32,717 nt of DNA from Candidatus Poseidoniaceae archaeon (GCA_030741455.1 JASLVI010000002.1:1-32717); one strand, 5' to 3'; positions 1-8,992 are shown, counted from the stretch's first letter. The notes: a model not told the origin generated them from the sequence alone. Numbers and translations: made by a program.

Positions 1-3000
1 GTTTCATCGCTGTTATCGCTGAAATCCAATTCCATCCAACCCTGAGTAGGGGTTCCAATAATGACCCAACTGTGAGTGCCATCGATGTAGAGCATTCTGT
101 GCCCGAGGTTGAAGAGAATCCAAGTATCCGTGGCTTGCGAATTGCTGATGAAGACCGAATCGAGTGGTGTTGCATCATAATCAACTCCAGCTTGCATGCC
201 TTGAGCACCCCAGGAAGCGCTACCCGTGCCGTTCCATGTTGCAGTAGTCTCAGACCATCCTGTAGTGAGAACACGATGGACTGTCAGCGTCATGCCAGTA
301 GCACCACTACCGAAGTTCATGTCTTCAAGATACATGCTGTAGGTTACGTCATGAACGTTCATGCTTGGATTGAATGGAATTTGTCCAAAGTCAACGTCAA
401 CGAGCAAGCGGTACTCGTCTTGTGCAGCATCAACTCCAACAACGTTGGTGTTCCCATCAAGGTTGGTGTCGACAAGGCCACTGAAGATCGAAACATCTTG
501 GACGTTGGTATGTGCAAGTTCCTCAATTTCGTTACCAGTTTGGAATTGATACAACCAAATGTGACCATTATCATGGGTCGTTTGAGGATCTCCTATTCCG
601 ACGACCCAACGGGATGATGATGGCCCTGGAATCGATCCGTTAACGGCTTGCACCCACCATTCAAAGGTTGAACCTGGGGCAACATCGTTGGCAAATGTGA
701 AGCTTGTACCTGATATCTGGCTCGACGTTGCAGATTTGAACGTGTACTGTCCAGAAGCATTTCGAATCGTAACAATGTAACCAGTAGCACCTGCGACTGT
801 ATTCCATGTAAGAACAGGTTTATCCAACGTGTCGAGGAGATTATTTGTTGTGTCATAGAGCACAGATCCATCAAGTGGTGAAAGAAGGATTGGTTGTGCA
901 GGAGGTACTACGCCTGCAACGTTGTCGACATAATCAATTCGAAGTGTTGGTCGCCATGATTCTGTTGCGTGTTCTCCAGAGGCGAATGTGTGTAGGCTAG
1001 CGCCGCTACCAACCGCCTTGAGTTGGATGGTCATCGTTTGATTACCGTTTGCAATGTTGGATTGTGCTAACGAAGTAATATCCCATTCAAGCCAACCAGA
1101 TGGAGGCGTAACCGATAGCGTAGAACGCGTAATTTCAGTCGCACTGCACGTTGGAGGTTGCAGCGCAGTAACACTGGATTCTGTGAAGGTAGAACAAGCG
1201 TGAGCGCTCACAGTGAGTGGAGAGACACCTGCAACTTGCGTACGATATAGTTGCAGCATAGTCGAGGTTGGCGTCATCGCACTAGGCCATGGCATTTGTG
1301 AGAGGTCAAATTCAATGAAAATCTCATGATCACCAGAAGAACTTGCACCCAGTTTGAGCGTTGTACTACCGCCATAATTCGTGTTTAATGCGGAAGAGGC
1401 AGTATAGGTATCCGGAGCTGCAGGTAGTAATCCTGTGTCTGTAAAGATGGAGCCGCTTGAGAGATTCACCGTGTGATTACCTGCGCCATCATCATATCCT
1501 TGATCGCTTGGAATTCTAAGTCGATTTACTTGCGACCATTCACCCAAGCGTCCGTATTCACCAGCGATGACATCTTGGAATGAGTAGACTCGCCAATAGA
1601 TCCATTCATCACCTGCTGTTAGATTACCTGCAGTTAGCGTGGTTGTGGAGGCGTCCCACGTGACGTTCAATTCATTCATTCGATCTGTATCCGTTGTCGA
1701 TGTACATCGCACGTCGTAAATCATCCGTGCATCCGAAGCAGCACATATGACATAACCCGTATTGTTGGTATCTGCGCCAGTCCATGAATAGTTGATTTCA
1801 TCAACGCCAGATGGCCTTACTGCCGACAGATTCCATAATGTTGCGCCATCCAAAGGAGCCATGTTAGTCGGCGCGGACTCAACGTACGGGTTTGTCATTC
1901 GATATGTGAGATTTAAGGAAGGTCGAAGACTTGTTGAGACCTCATTGCTTGAGTAGAAATCTACTCGGCCGTTGACTTGGCCGAAGTCTTCCTCGGCTTG
2001 AATGAGAATATCAACTGTGGTTATTCCTGATGAGACGGCATTCTGTAGCAACTTGGTGAGTACACCTTCCATCCAGGTCCAACTTCCGTTGAGTTGCCAA
2101 GTTCCATCGAATGGTATGTCTGTATCCGTTGAGTGATAAGCACCTGGTGAGTTCCATTGTGTGGAATTTGTTGCATTGTTCCAATTAGCATCCGCATCGA
2201 AAGCTGTGTTAATCATAGATACGCTCGCATATACTTCGCCAGATCCTGTTGCAGGACCTTGAAGTGATAGATTCGCCTTCATGATTTCGTAATTACCGGA
2301 GATTGGCAACTTGGTGAGATCAATCGAAAGAATCATTGAAGAGCGTTGTGAAGACCCGGTTGTGTATCCTGATCGACCAACACTTATCCAACGGGAATTG
2401 ACCAGATTCGTGTTAGCCACGCCTGAGTCAAGGGTTGTATCCGTGATGAAACCTGATGGCTCATTGTATGCTGGTAGGAAACCGCCCTCTGAGACGTTGA
2501 TGTAGCCCCATGTGCTGTTAATTTCATGACCAACGTCGTGTGGAATGTGGAAGATCGAACTTGTCGAACGTGGACCAAGCATCTCATCGTTCACAGGTTG
2601 TACGAACCATCGGATGCTTTGATTTGTTGAAAGATCGTTTGCTGGTTGGAAAGACAGGTTCTGCAAATCGAACATTGCTGAATCAGTTCGTGAATCATAA
2701 ATTGTGAACCCTTGCATAATGTCTGTATCATCGTTCTGAATGAAGACCTTCCAATCGTCGATGTTGGCTGAATTGGAGTGTGTCCACGTCATGACAGGGC
2801 GAGTGGATGGTTCTGGAACGTGCGTGCTCAAGTCCCAAGCCATGTCGCCATCCACTGGAAGGGCATTGCTTGCAGCAACGGTTGGAATTGTTGCAGTTCC
2901 GTCCGTCCAGGTTAGGTTGAGCCAAGGTCGTTGGGTGGAGAGACCTTCCGTACTTGTGAACGTAATCAGTGCATCCGACGAATCACTGGTCATCAATGCG

Positions 3001-6000
3001 ATTGAAAGATAAGAATCGCCATTGGCCATAGCTGCCTGCACCAATTCGGTAACATCCCAATCCATCCAGTCTGCAGATGCAGAAGCACTCAGGTCGCTCA
3101 AGGATCCAACGTCTGTCCCAATCGCACGACCACCATCGGCACTCCAGTTGTTGGTTCCGTCATATGTCGAGTTGTTGAGGCCAGTCGTCCAGGTTTGTAG
3201 GACTGGACGCACTGCGACTTGTACGTTGGTATCCGAACCAGATTGCGCCCATAACGAGAGTTCTGCATTGGTGACCCGAGCATTGCTTGGCGTTGGAAGT
3301 TGATTGAGCGGTATCTTGAGCAGTGCGCTCGTATGATAACCGCTTCCCAATTCACCGACCTTGAGGGTCGTTGATGCTGAATGGTTTTGTTGACCTTCGA
3401 TGCCACCTTCGGCAACCCATGTATCGATGAAGTGTGGAAGTTGAAGATCTGGCATCGCTTCATGATGTCGAATCTCAACCGCTGCACTGGTCGAGGAGAG
3501 GTTCCACGTTACCAAAGAAGGTAGGTTGAAGTGGAAGGTTTGTGACCAATTTCCGAGTTGGTTGGTTGTCGAAATCGCACGAACTCGCCAGTACCATGTC
3601 TTACCATCATCGAGATCATTGGTCGGCGTGTATTCTTTGTTTGCAAGGTCAAATCCAGAATTTGACCATGAAGTAGCAATGCTCATATCGCTGCTATCGA
3701 ATGTGTCTGTTGTATCCATCTGAACAGCATATCCACTAACTGAAACGGCTGAAGAGTGTGTCCAATTCATCAATGGACGATAAACAGGTTCTGGATTAAC
3801 GCCTGGGGCGATGCTCCATGTTCCATTGAGCGGCAAGACTGGAACTGGTTCGATCGGCAGAGCGTTTGAACCAGGCACATAAACAAAGGTAAGTTCAGGC
3901 CGCTTTGCTTCAGCTGCCGTACCTGGATGGAACAGTACGTCACGGATTTGTCCGCTTCCTGCACCGACGATTCCAAGAATGAAATCCGCAGAGTGATTGT
4001 TTCGCATTGCGTTTTGAACTGCAAGCGTAACGTTCCAATTTACAGAGGAACTGGAGGTGTATCCCGTTCCAATACTGACTGAATCAAGGAGAGAGGAGCG
4101 TTCATTTCCTTTTGCACCGACACTGTTCCAGGTATTCGTACCATCGTAGGTCGCCCATGTCGCCCCATCTTCAGTCCAACCGTGCTGTGTGTTTTCCCAT
4201 GCCCCGACTACTGGCGTTCCAAATGGGAAATCGCTGAGATGGAATTCAAGATTTGCAGATTCCACTGCATAGCCTGATGGAAGGAATGTCGTAGAGAGAT
4301 CGCATCCAAACAACACTGTGGTTTCCGATGGAATCGTATTGTAGGAAACCTGTAGTTCAGTTTCAGAACCATAGTTTGAATTTGGCATACCCGAATCAAT
4401 GTAGGTATCGTCACAAGCAGGATGGAGACCATCTGAACTTGCATTACCTTGCTTGAGGCGGAATTCGTATCGATCACCACCAAGCCATGTTGAGTTTAGG
4501 GCGCTGATGAGGAAGGATGAGTACGACCATTCTCCATGACGCCCATCCGAATCAACATGCAACATTCGCCAGTTGTACATGTGGCCTGCTTCTAAACTGT
4601 CTGCTCCACTAAAACTCAATTCCCCATCGCTCGGAGCGAAGTCAGAATCGACACGTGTATCAATCCGAGCAACACGATCATGGAAGAGATTGTCCGTTGA
4701 AAGTTCAAAGATCATGTCATACGATGCAGATGTGGAAGATGACCACGTCAATGTCGGCGTGGTATTTCCAGTGAAATTATGACCTGTCTGATTCCACAAG
4801 GTTTCCCCATCATATGGTGAAGTGATGGCGGGAGCGACAGTGACCGGAGTAGACCAATCGTATTTGATGTAGAGTTTTGGCTTGTCGCCATCGTTGGTTG
4901 CATCAGAGGAATGGAAGGTTGCCGAATCGATACCGTTGTTGGCAGCATAAGCGCCGTTTTGAGAGCGAGCAGTTAGAGCAAAGTCAATCGAATCAGGCCC
5001 GCTGTTATCGAGATGTTGCTGTAGAACTGAGGTCAAATCAAAGGCAAAGTCATCGCTTGTTTGGGAGCCCATTACACCTGAATCTGAAGCGTAGCCAAGT
5101 TCTTCGCGACCTCCATCGTCCCACAATTGACTGGATGTTGGTCTTCGCCATGTGACCTCGTCTTCAATCCAAACGTCTACTGAGTCCATTTGATGCAATG
5201 CAAGGGATGGTGAACCACTTGATGTGGACCGGGTCAAATTGAGAGATGCATCGAGAATGGTTGCATTGGAATGCAGGCCGAGGTGATGGAAATTGATTCG
5301 GAAATGCGAAATCGATTCACGGTTTGAGGTGACTTGAGTCATGATGGTTGTCGATGCTCCATAATTGCTGTTCTTGTTGTCCTCATCCACATACGTATCC
5401 TCAATGAAGACAACATTGTCGGAGAGATCATCGATATCGACGGCTAGGGACGCTGTTCCGTCTGCATAGGTCGTAATATCGTGCGATGGCAACTGGAAAT
5501 GACCGCTTGTCCAATCGCTCAGGATTCCCGTTGAATCCATTGCGCGCATCCGATAGTGCATTTCCGTCCCATTATCGAACGCATCGGTTGAAGGGACGTC
5601 GAGTGCACCTGACGCACCCATCGTAAAGCTCGAGGATTGGGTGTCGGAGTTGTACAACCAGTTGTAATTGTCCTGATCGCTCTTGAAGCCATCATCCACT
5701 GAAAGTTGTACTTCAACGAGAATTCCTGAATATGAAGTCCAGGTCATACTCGGCGTTAGATCAGCGGAAAGTACGAAATCACCGCTCATCAATGGTGCAC
5801 CATCATCGACAAAGTTCGGTGTGATCGTTCCACCAGAACCTGCTGTTGAAGTTGAAGAATCGACGCGGAGGCTTGGACGGTCCCCCATGTTCATGGTTTC
5901 ATTCAAGGCACACTCGTATTGAGCATCGTGTGCAGAGATAAGAAGGTCAAGCGAGGATGCGCTGGAAGCAACTGCACGTTGAGCGAGGGCCGTCACATTG

Positions 6001-6539
6001 AGTTGAACGTTCGATGACCCGCCTGTCGGTCCAAGTGGGGCAGTGACGATTGGAGGCTCCCAGTCTGAACGGTCAGAGCCGTCATTGGCCCCGGTTTCAC
6101 CCCAGACAAGCGTGCCATCTCGAGTGTTCCATGTAGCATTCGCATCCCATGAAACAGAGGTTGATGCTGGATAAATCGCAAGTCCATCCGTTGGACCGCT
6201 GTTTGAACAAACAAGATCTAGGCGTGCAGAGTGAATCGTGTCAGTAGAGGCAAAATTGAGCGGGAACGAGATGAGGAGGCGTCCTTCACTCGAACCTGAA
6301 ACACCGAGAAGACCTGTATCTTCGCCAGCGTAGTTATCGGCTGGATTGTCCGAATCGATGTATGTGTCCAATCCAGGATTGATGGTTGAGATGACATGTT
6401 GAACGGCCGGCTCTTCTTCAAGCAGTTCGGGTGCAGGGAAGGCTGAAGGAACAAAAACATCAGCGAGAAGGAACATCAAAACCAATGTCATTGCTGTGAA
6501 GACGTTTCGATTTTTGGTACTGGTTGTCATGGCGCTCAT
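1..6539 (-). CDS. Giant secreted modular surface protein, 3'-partial (at least 2179 aa; the C-terminus lies beyond position 1). About seven tandem ~330-aa supermodules, each an Fn3-like beta-sandwich plus a DNRLRE/CBM96-like domain.
   Basis: Absent from the ORF track, which appears to list only ORFs closed by a stop inside the window. I translated the minus frame with codons at 3-5, 6-8 ... 6537-6539 and found no stop in all 2179 codons. The upstream in-frame stop is at 6606-6608. The first start is ATG 6539, with a second ATG at 6530. The N-terminus MSAMTTSTKNRNVFTAMTLVLMFLLADVFVPSAFPAPE looks like a Sec signal or anchor. The other five frames here give only ORFs of 181 aa or less. Recurrent motifs are listed in the findings. 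Confidence 0.85.
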   Translation of the reverse strand, partial: MSAMTTSTKNRNVFTAMTLVLMFLLADVFVPSAFPAPELLEEEPAVQHVISTINPGLDTYIDSDNPADNYAGEDTGLLGVSGSSEGRLLISFPLNFASTDTIHSARLDLVCSNSGPTDGLAIYPASTSVSWDANATWNTRDGTLVWGETGANDGSDRSDWEPPIVTAPLGPTGGSSNVQLNVTALAQRAVASSASSLDLLISAHDAQYECALNETMNMGDRPSLRVDSSTSTAGSGGTITPNFVDDGAPLMSGDFVLSADLTPSMTWTSYSGILVEVQLSVDDGFKSDQDNYNWLYNSDTQSSSFTMGASGALDVPSTDAFDNGTEMHYRMRAMDSTGILSDWTSGHFQLPSHDITTYADGTASLAVDIDDLSDNVVFIEDTYVDEDNKNSNYGASTTIMTQVTSNRESISHFRINFHHLGLHSNATILDASLNLTRSTSSGSPSLALHQMDSVDVWIEDEVTWRRPTSSQLWDDGGREELGYASDSGVMGSQTSDDFAFDLTSVLQQHLDNSGPDSIDFALTARSQNGAYAANNGIDSATFHSSDATNDGDKPKLYIKYDWSTPVTVAPAITSPYDGETLWNQTGHNFTGNTTPTLTWSSSTSASYDMIFELSTDNLFHDRVARIDTRVDSDFAPSDGELSFSGADSLEAGHMYNWRMLHVDSDGRHGEWSYSSFLISALNSTWLGGDRYEFRLKQGNASSDGLHPACDDTYIDSGMPNSNYGSETELQVSYNTIPSETTVLFGCDLSTTFLPSGYAVESANLEFHLSDFPFGTPVVGAWENTQHGWTEDGATWATYDGTNTWNSVGAKGNERSSLLDSVSIGTGYTSSSSVNWNVTLAVQNAMRNNHSADFILGIVGAGSGQIRDVLFHPGTAAEAKRPELTFVYVPGSNALPIEPVPVLPLNGTWSIAPGVNPEPVYRPLMNWTHSSAVSVSGYAVQMDTTDTFDSSDMSIATSWSNSGFDLANKEYTPTNDLDDGKTWYWRVRAISTTNQLGNWSQTFHFNLPSLVTWNLSSTSAAVEIRHHEAMPDLQLPHFIDTWVAEGGIEGQQNHSASTTLKVGELGSGYHTSALLKIPLNQLPTPSNARVTNAELSLWAQSGSDTNVQVAVRPVLQTWTTGLNNSTYDGTNNWSADGGRAIGTDVGSLSDLSASASADWMDWDVTELVQAAMANGDSYLSIALMTSDSSDALITFTSTEGLSTQRPWLNLTWTDGTATIPTVAASNALPVDGDMAWDLSTHVPEPSTRPVMTWTHSNSANIDDWKVFIQNDDTDIMQGFTIYDSRTDSAMFDLQNLSFQPANDLSTNQSIRWFVQPVNDEMLGPRSTSSIFHIPHDVGHEINSTWGYINVSEGGFLPAYNEPSGFITDTTLDSGVANTNLVNSRWISVGRSGYTTGSSQRSSMILSIDLTKLPISGNYEIMKANLSLQGPATGSGEVYASVSMINTAFDADANWNNATNSTQWNSPGAYHSTDTDIPFDGTWQLNGSWTWMEGVLTKLLQNAVSSGITTVDILIQAEEDFGQVNGRVDFYSSNEVSTSLRPSLNLTYRMTNPYVESAPTNMAPLDGATLWNLSAVRPSGVDEINYSWTGADTNNTGYVICAASDARMIYDVRCTSTTDTDRMNELNVTWDASTTTLTAGNLTAGDEWIYWRVYSFQDVIAGEYGRLGEWSQVNRLRIPSDQGYDDGAGNHTVNLSSGSIFTDTGLLPAAPDTYTASSALNTNYGGSTTLKLGASSSGDHEIFIEFDLSQMPWPSAMTPTSTMLQLYRTQVAGVSPLTVSAHACSTFTESSVTALQPPTCSATEITRSTLSVTPPSGWLEWDITSLAQSNIANGNQTMTIQLKAVGSGASLHTFASGEHATESWRPTLRIDYVDNVAGVVPPAQPILLSPLDGSVLYDTTNNLLDTLDKPVLTWNTVAGATGYIVTIRNASGQYTFKSATSSQISGTSFTFANDVAPGSTFEWWVQAVNGSIPGPSSSRWVVGIGDPQTTHDNGHIWLYQFQTGNEIEELAHTNVQDVSIFSGLVDTNLDGNTNVVGVDAAQDEYRLLVDVDFGQIPFNPSMNVHDVTYSMYLEDMNFGSGATGMTLTVHRVLTTGWSETTATWNGTGSASWGAQGMQAGVDYDATPLDSVFISNSQATDTWILFNLGHRMLYIDGTHSWVIIGTPTQGWMELDFSDNSDE

Positions 6540-6578
6540 TCGACCTAAGATGTGGAAGGTTATGACTGATTCGGCCTG

Positions 6579-6598
6579 CGCCCCCCTATAGGGGGGCG
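6579..6598. promoter_or_regulatory. Perfect 20-bp palindrome CGCCCCCC-TATA-GGGGGGCG in the divergent intergenic region between the giant gene and rfcS.
   Basis: Read directly: cgcccccctataggggggcg. It has 8-bp G/C arms around a central TATA. It lies 40 nt from ATG 6539 (minus strand) and 30 nt from ATG 6628 (plus strand). Confidence 0.5.
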
Positions 6599-6602
6599 GG
6601 AA

Positions 6603-6618
6603 TTCAATTCAAAAAATT
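6603..6618 (+). promoter_or_regulatory. Candidate TATA-like box (TTCAATTCAAAAAATT) for rfcS.
   Basis: Same TTCAAA-type motif as seen about 30 nt upstream of other starts in this window. Its position predicts a TSS near 6633-6638, downstream of ATG 6628, which favours ATG 6661 as the start. Confidence 0.35.
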
Positions 6619-6660
6619 CCGAACCGAATGTTGAAAGATGCTCGCCAATCTCTAGGGTTC

Positions 6661-7617
6661 ATGAGCGAACTTTGGGTGGAACGTCATCGCCCACAAAGTG
6701 TTGGTGAAATTCGAGGGCAAGCGTCCGTTGTGAGTCGATTGTCAGTCTATGCTGAACACAAAGAATTCCCACATCTTCTCTTCGCAGGACCGCCGGGCAC
6801 AGGAAAGACAACTGCTGCAATGGCACTGACCAAAGATGTCTTCGGTGAACATTATCGAGACAATCTCCTGGAAATGAACGCCTCGGACGAACGCGGTTTG
6901 GATAAAATCCGATCAAAAGTCAAACAATTCGCACGGACACAACCGTATGGTGGTGCAAAATTCAAGATTATCTTCCTCGATGAGTCCGATGCGTTAACCA
7001 ACGATGCGCAAGGCGCCCTGCGCCGAATCATGGAACAATACGCTGAAACCTGCCGATTTATCCTGTCGTGTAATTATTCATCAAAAGTGATTGAACCGAT
7101 TCAGTCGAGATGCGCAGTATTTCGGTTTCGACCATTGGCCGATTCAGAAGTTCTCGACCAGGTCAAACATGTTGCGAAGGAAGAAGGCGTGACGCTCGAA
7201 GATGATGCTGCAGAAGCGCTTGCAAAAATTGCTCAAGGTGACCTACGACGAGCGATTACTGCACTCCAGGTCTCTGCAGCAATCAGTGAGAAAATTACCC
7301 GTTCGATCGTCTATGAAACGTCAGCTACAGCACCTCCAGAGGCACTTCACCAGTACATCATGGCTTGCAAAGACGATGGATTCCATGTAGCAAGGCGCCG
7401 TTTGCAGGAATTACTCAACAAATACGGCCTTGCTGGCACCGATTTTGTCGGACAACTTCACAGGGAATTGTACAATGTTGATTTTATTTCAGAAATGGAC
7501 AAACTCGATCTTACTGAAATTATGGCCGAAGTTGATTACCGGCTTGTTGAAGGTGGAGGAGAACGTATTCAACTCGATGCAATGACGGCAAAACTCGTCG
7601 CCATGTTGAGAAGTTGA
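6661..7617 (+). CDS. rfcS: Replication factor C small subunit (clamp loader AAA+ ATPase).
   Basis: N-terminal ELWVERHRP box, Walker A GPPGTGKTT, Walker B IIFLDESDALT and the SRC motif QSRCAVFRF. Length is 318 aa from ATG 6661. An in-frame ATG at 6628 would add 11 atypical residues. Confidence 0.93.
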   Translation: MSELWVERHRPQSVGEIRGQASVVSRLSVYAEHKEFPHLLFAGPPGTGKTTAAMALTKDVFGEHYRDNLLEMNASDERGLDKIRSKVKQFARTQPYGGAKFKIIFLDESDALTNDAQGALRRIMEQYAETCRFILSCNYSSKVIEPIQSRCAVFRFRPLADSEVLDQVKHVAKEEGVTLEDDAAEALAKIAQGDLRRAITALQVSAAISEKITRSIVYETSATAPPEALHQYIMACKDDGFHVARRRLQELLNKYGLAGTDFVGQLHRELYNVDFISEMDKLDLTEIMAEVDYRLVEGGGERIQLDAMTAKLVAMLRS

Positions 7618-7683
7618 TTTTCACTTTCACTTTTCATACCGACCCATCAGCAAGAAGGTATTCGTGTGTCAGCACGAAGGTGC

Positions 7684-7860
7684 ATGAACAAACAATTTGA
7701 GATCATTCTCGACCTCCTATCATGGACTCCCTTAGCCCGCTTCATCCGAACCTATCGCCTTGAACAATTGCAACAACGGACGTTGGAATTACGGATGACA
7801 AAGAACATCGATTTGGTATTTGATGGAATCCTCAAACACCATTCAGATTTGCTGTCCTAA
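7684..7860 (+). CDS. Hypothetical small protein (58 aa from ATG 7684); may be non-coding.
   Basis: This is the only ORF in the 240-nt gap after rfcS. I recognise no motif. Its end overlaps the convergent downstream gene by 4 nt. Confidence 0.25.
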   Translation: MNKQFEIILDLLSWTPLARFIRTYRLEQLQQRTLELRMTKNIDLVFDGILKHHSDLLS

Positions 7861-8765
7861 GGTGCTGTTTCGCTTGATACCACTAGATTCCAGGTGTATT
7901 CCTGGATGTTTTTCCAAGGGTCGCCTTGCTCAGTAATTTTCACCCTGATTTCGTGTGTTCCTTCTTCAAGATCTGCCCCAAGATATATCGAGAAAGGTTG
8001 ATCTAAATCTCCGTGAGGAGTGAGATTTGGTGCAGATTTGTTGGACGTTGAAGTTCCGTTTGCAATTCGTTCAGCATTGTTTGTCCAGAAGGAAATGTTG
8101 TCTTCCCGAAGTGTTTCGTTCGCCTGGAATTCCCTCGTGACTTCAACGATTGCACCATCGGAATTGACATTGTCCATTAATCCGAAGAGCAACCAAGCAT
8201 CTCCTGCAAGAATCTCTGAGCCGTCGGTATACCAAGTTAGGGTCGAACCTGACGTCGCCATCGTGTGCGGATAGGCGATGTCCTCTCCATCATCGGTGAT
8301 GACCGTCCATTTGCTGGCAAGCTCTGGTGCTGCAATGTCACCAAAGGGTGGGTTAACAAGTAAAAACGAGAGTGCAAGGAACGAGAACGTATGCAGAAAA
8401 GCGGCCTTGAACCACGTCCCGCCTCCATAGTGCTCAACAAATCGTTCGGGCATGACAGTTCGATGAAGCGTAGGTATCAGGAAGATACAGGTAAGTGGAA
8501 GGATATAGAGGATTTTTGAATTCTCTGGATCGGTTGAATCCATCAGAACATAACGCATCAGAAGCGTGATGGTCAATGAAAAGGCAAGAACGAGCCACAT
8601 CGAAGCCGTATCTGCTTTCTCTTTTTGGACGTGTTTTACAGGATCAAATGCCTCAATTCCTAGGTTCCGACCGGTCCGACGTACCTTTTTTTCGCGGTCA
8701 TCACCTTGCATCCTCTGACGACGCTCGCCTTGAGCCGCAGTCATCGCCGTCGAGAGGTCGACCAT
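7857..8765 (-). CDS. Hypothetical membrane protein: basic cytoplasmic N-terminus, three TM helices and an extracellular beta-rich C-terminal domain.
   Basis: 302-aa ORF. Hydrophobic segments are MWLVLAFSLTITLLMRYVL, ILYILPLTCIFLIPTL and AAFLHTFSFLALSFLLV. The acidic, N-x-S/T-rich tail is typical of an exposed archaeal domain. I recognise no family. Confidence 0.7.
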   Translation of the reverse strand: MVDLSTAMTAAQGERRQRMQGDDREKKVRRTGRNLGIEAFDPVKHVQKEKADTASMWLVLAFSLTITLLMRYVLMDSTDPENSKILYILPLTCIFLIPTLHRTVMPERFVEHYGGGTWFKAAFLHTFSFLALSFLLVNPPFGDIAAPELASKWTVITDDGEDIAYPHTMATSGSTLTWYTDGSEILAGDAWLLFGLMDNVNSDGAIVEVTREFQANETLREDNISFWTNNAERIANGTSTSNKSAPNLTPHGDLDQPFSIYLGADLEEGTHEIRVKITEQGDPWKNIQEYTWNLVVSSETAP

Positions 8766-8830
8766 GCCCTTGCGGATGGCTGAGAGTGAATGAAGGATGC
8801 GGTCGGATTCTACTCAATGAACCCGCATTC

Positions 8831-8838
8831 TTCAAATG
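8831..8838 (+). promoter_or_regulatory. Candidate TATA-like box TTCAAATG for tRNA-Met.
   Basis: Starts 31 nt upstream of the mature tRNA 5' end (8862). The same motif at the same spacing precedes tRNA-Val. Confidence 0.5.
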
Positions 8839-8861
8839 GGGGTTTTCGCAGGCGGGAGCAG

Positions 8862-8992
8862 GCCGGGGTGGCGTAGTTGGTAGCGCGTCGGACTCATAGG
8901 GCAGCCTTCAAGGCGATCGTATGACGTGCAAAGCCCCTTGTGGTGTCTGAGACATCCGAAGGTCGCGGGTTCGAGCCCCGCTCCCGGCACCA
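8862..8992 (+). tRNA. tRNA with CAT anticodon, elongator Met type (or tRNA-Ile2 if C34 is agmatidinylated), interrupted by a 55-nt canonical 37/38 intron; CCA is encoded.
   Basis: Manual cloverleaf. Acceptor GCCGGGG/TCCCGGC (with G7-U66). D arm GCGT-AGTTGGTA-GCGC. Anticodon stem TCGGA/TCCGA with loop CTCATA[intron]A. Variable loop AGGTC. T arm GCGGG-TTCGAGC-CCCGC. Discriminator A, then CCA. It is not initiator-like: G1-C72 is present and there is no GGG/CCC in the anticodon stem. Confidence 0.92.
8899..8953 (+). other. tRNA intron with an hBHBh' splicing motif.
   Basis: The central 4-bp helix is CTCA (8893-8896) paired with TGAG (8948-8951). It is flanked by 3-nt bulges TAG (8897-8899) and ACA (8952-8954). 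The outer helix is GGCA (8900-8903) paired with TGTC (8944-8947). Both splice sites fall after the second bulge nucleotide. Confidence 0.8.

Noticed and set aside
72-617. 181-aa plus-strand ORF, and other short ORFs listed between 1 and 6460.
   Set aside because: They lie antisense or out of frame to the uninterrupted 2179-codon minus-strand frame. The compositions are odd (Cys/His-rich, no motifs). They are shadow ORFs of the giant gene.
7618-7860. Possible ncRNA (box C/D-like GGATGAC and TTGATGG strings) in the gap after rfcS.
   Set aside because: No CUGA box D at the right spacing and no terminal stem. It cannot be supported from the sequence alone, so only a low-confidence small ORF is listed.
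8792-8833. Imperfect inverted repeat GAAGGATGCGG ... CCGCATTCTTC upstream of tRNA-Met.
   Set aside because: It has one mismatch and a 20-nt loop, overlaps the putative TATA-like box, and recurs nowhere else in the window. This is too weak to call a regulatory element.
8899-8953. Possible box C/D guide RNA inside the tRNA intron.
   Set aside because: A CUGA (box D) is present, but it is part of the BHB helix. The best box C candidate, GUAUGAC, matches RUGAUGA poorly. I found no convincing C'/D' pair or exon complementarity by eye. It is kept only as a note in the intron finding.
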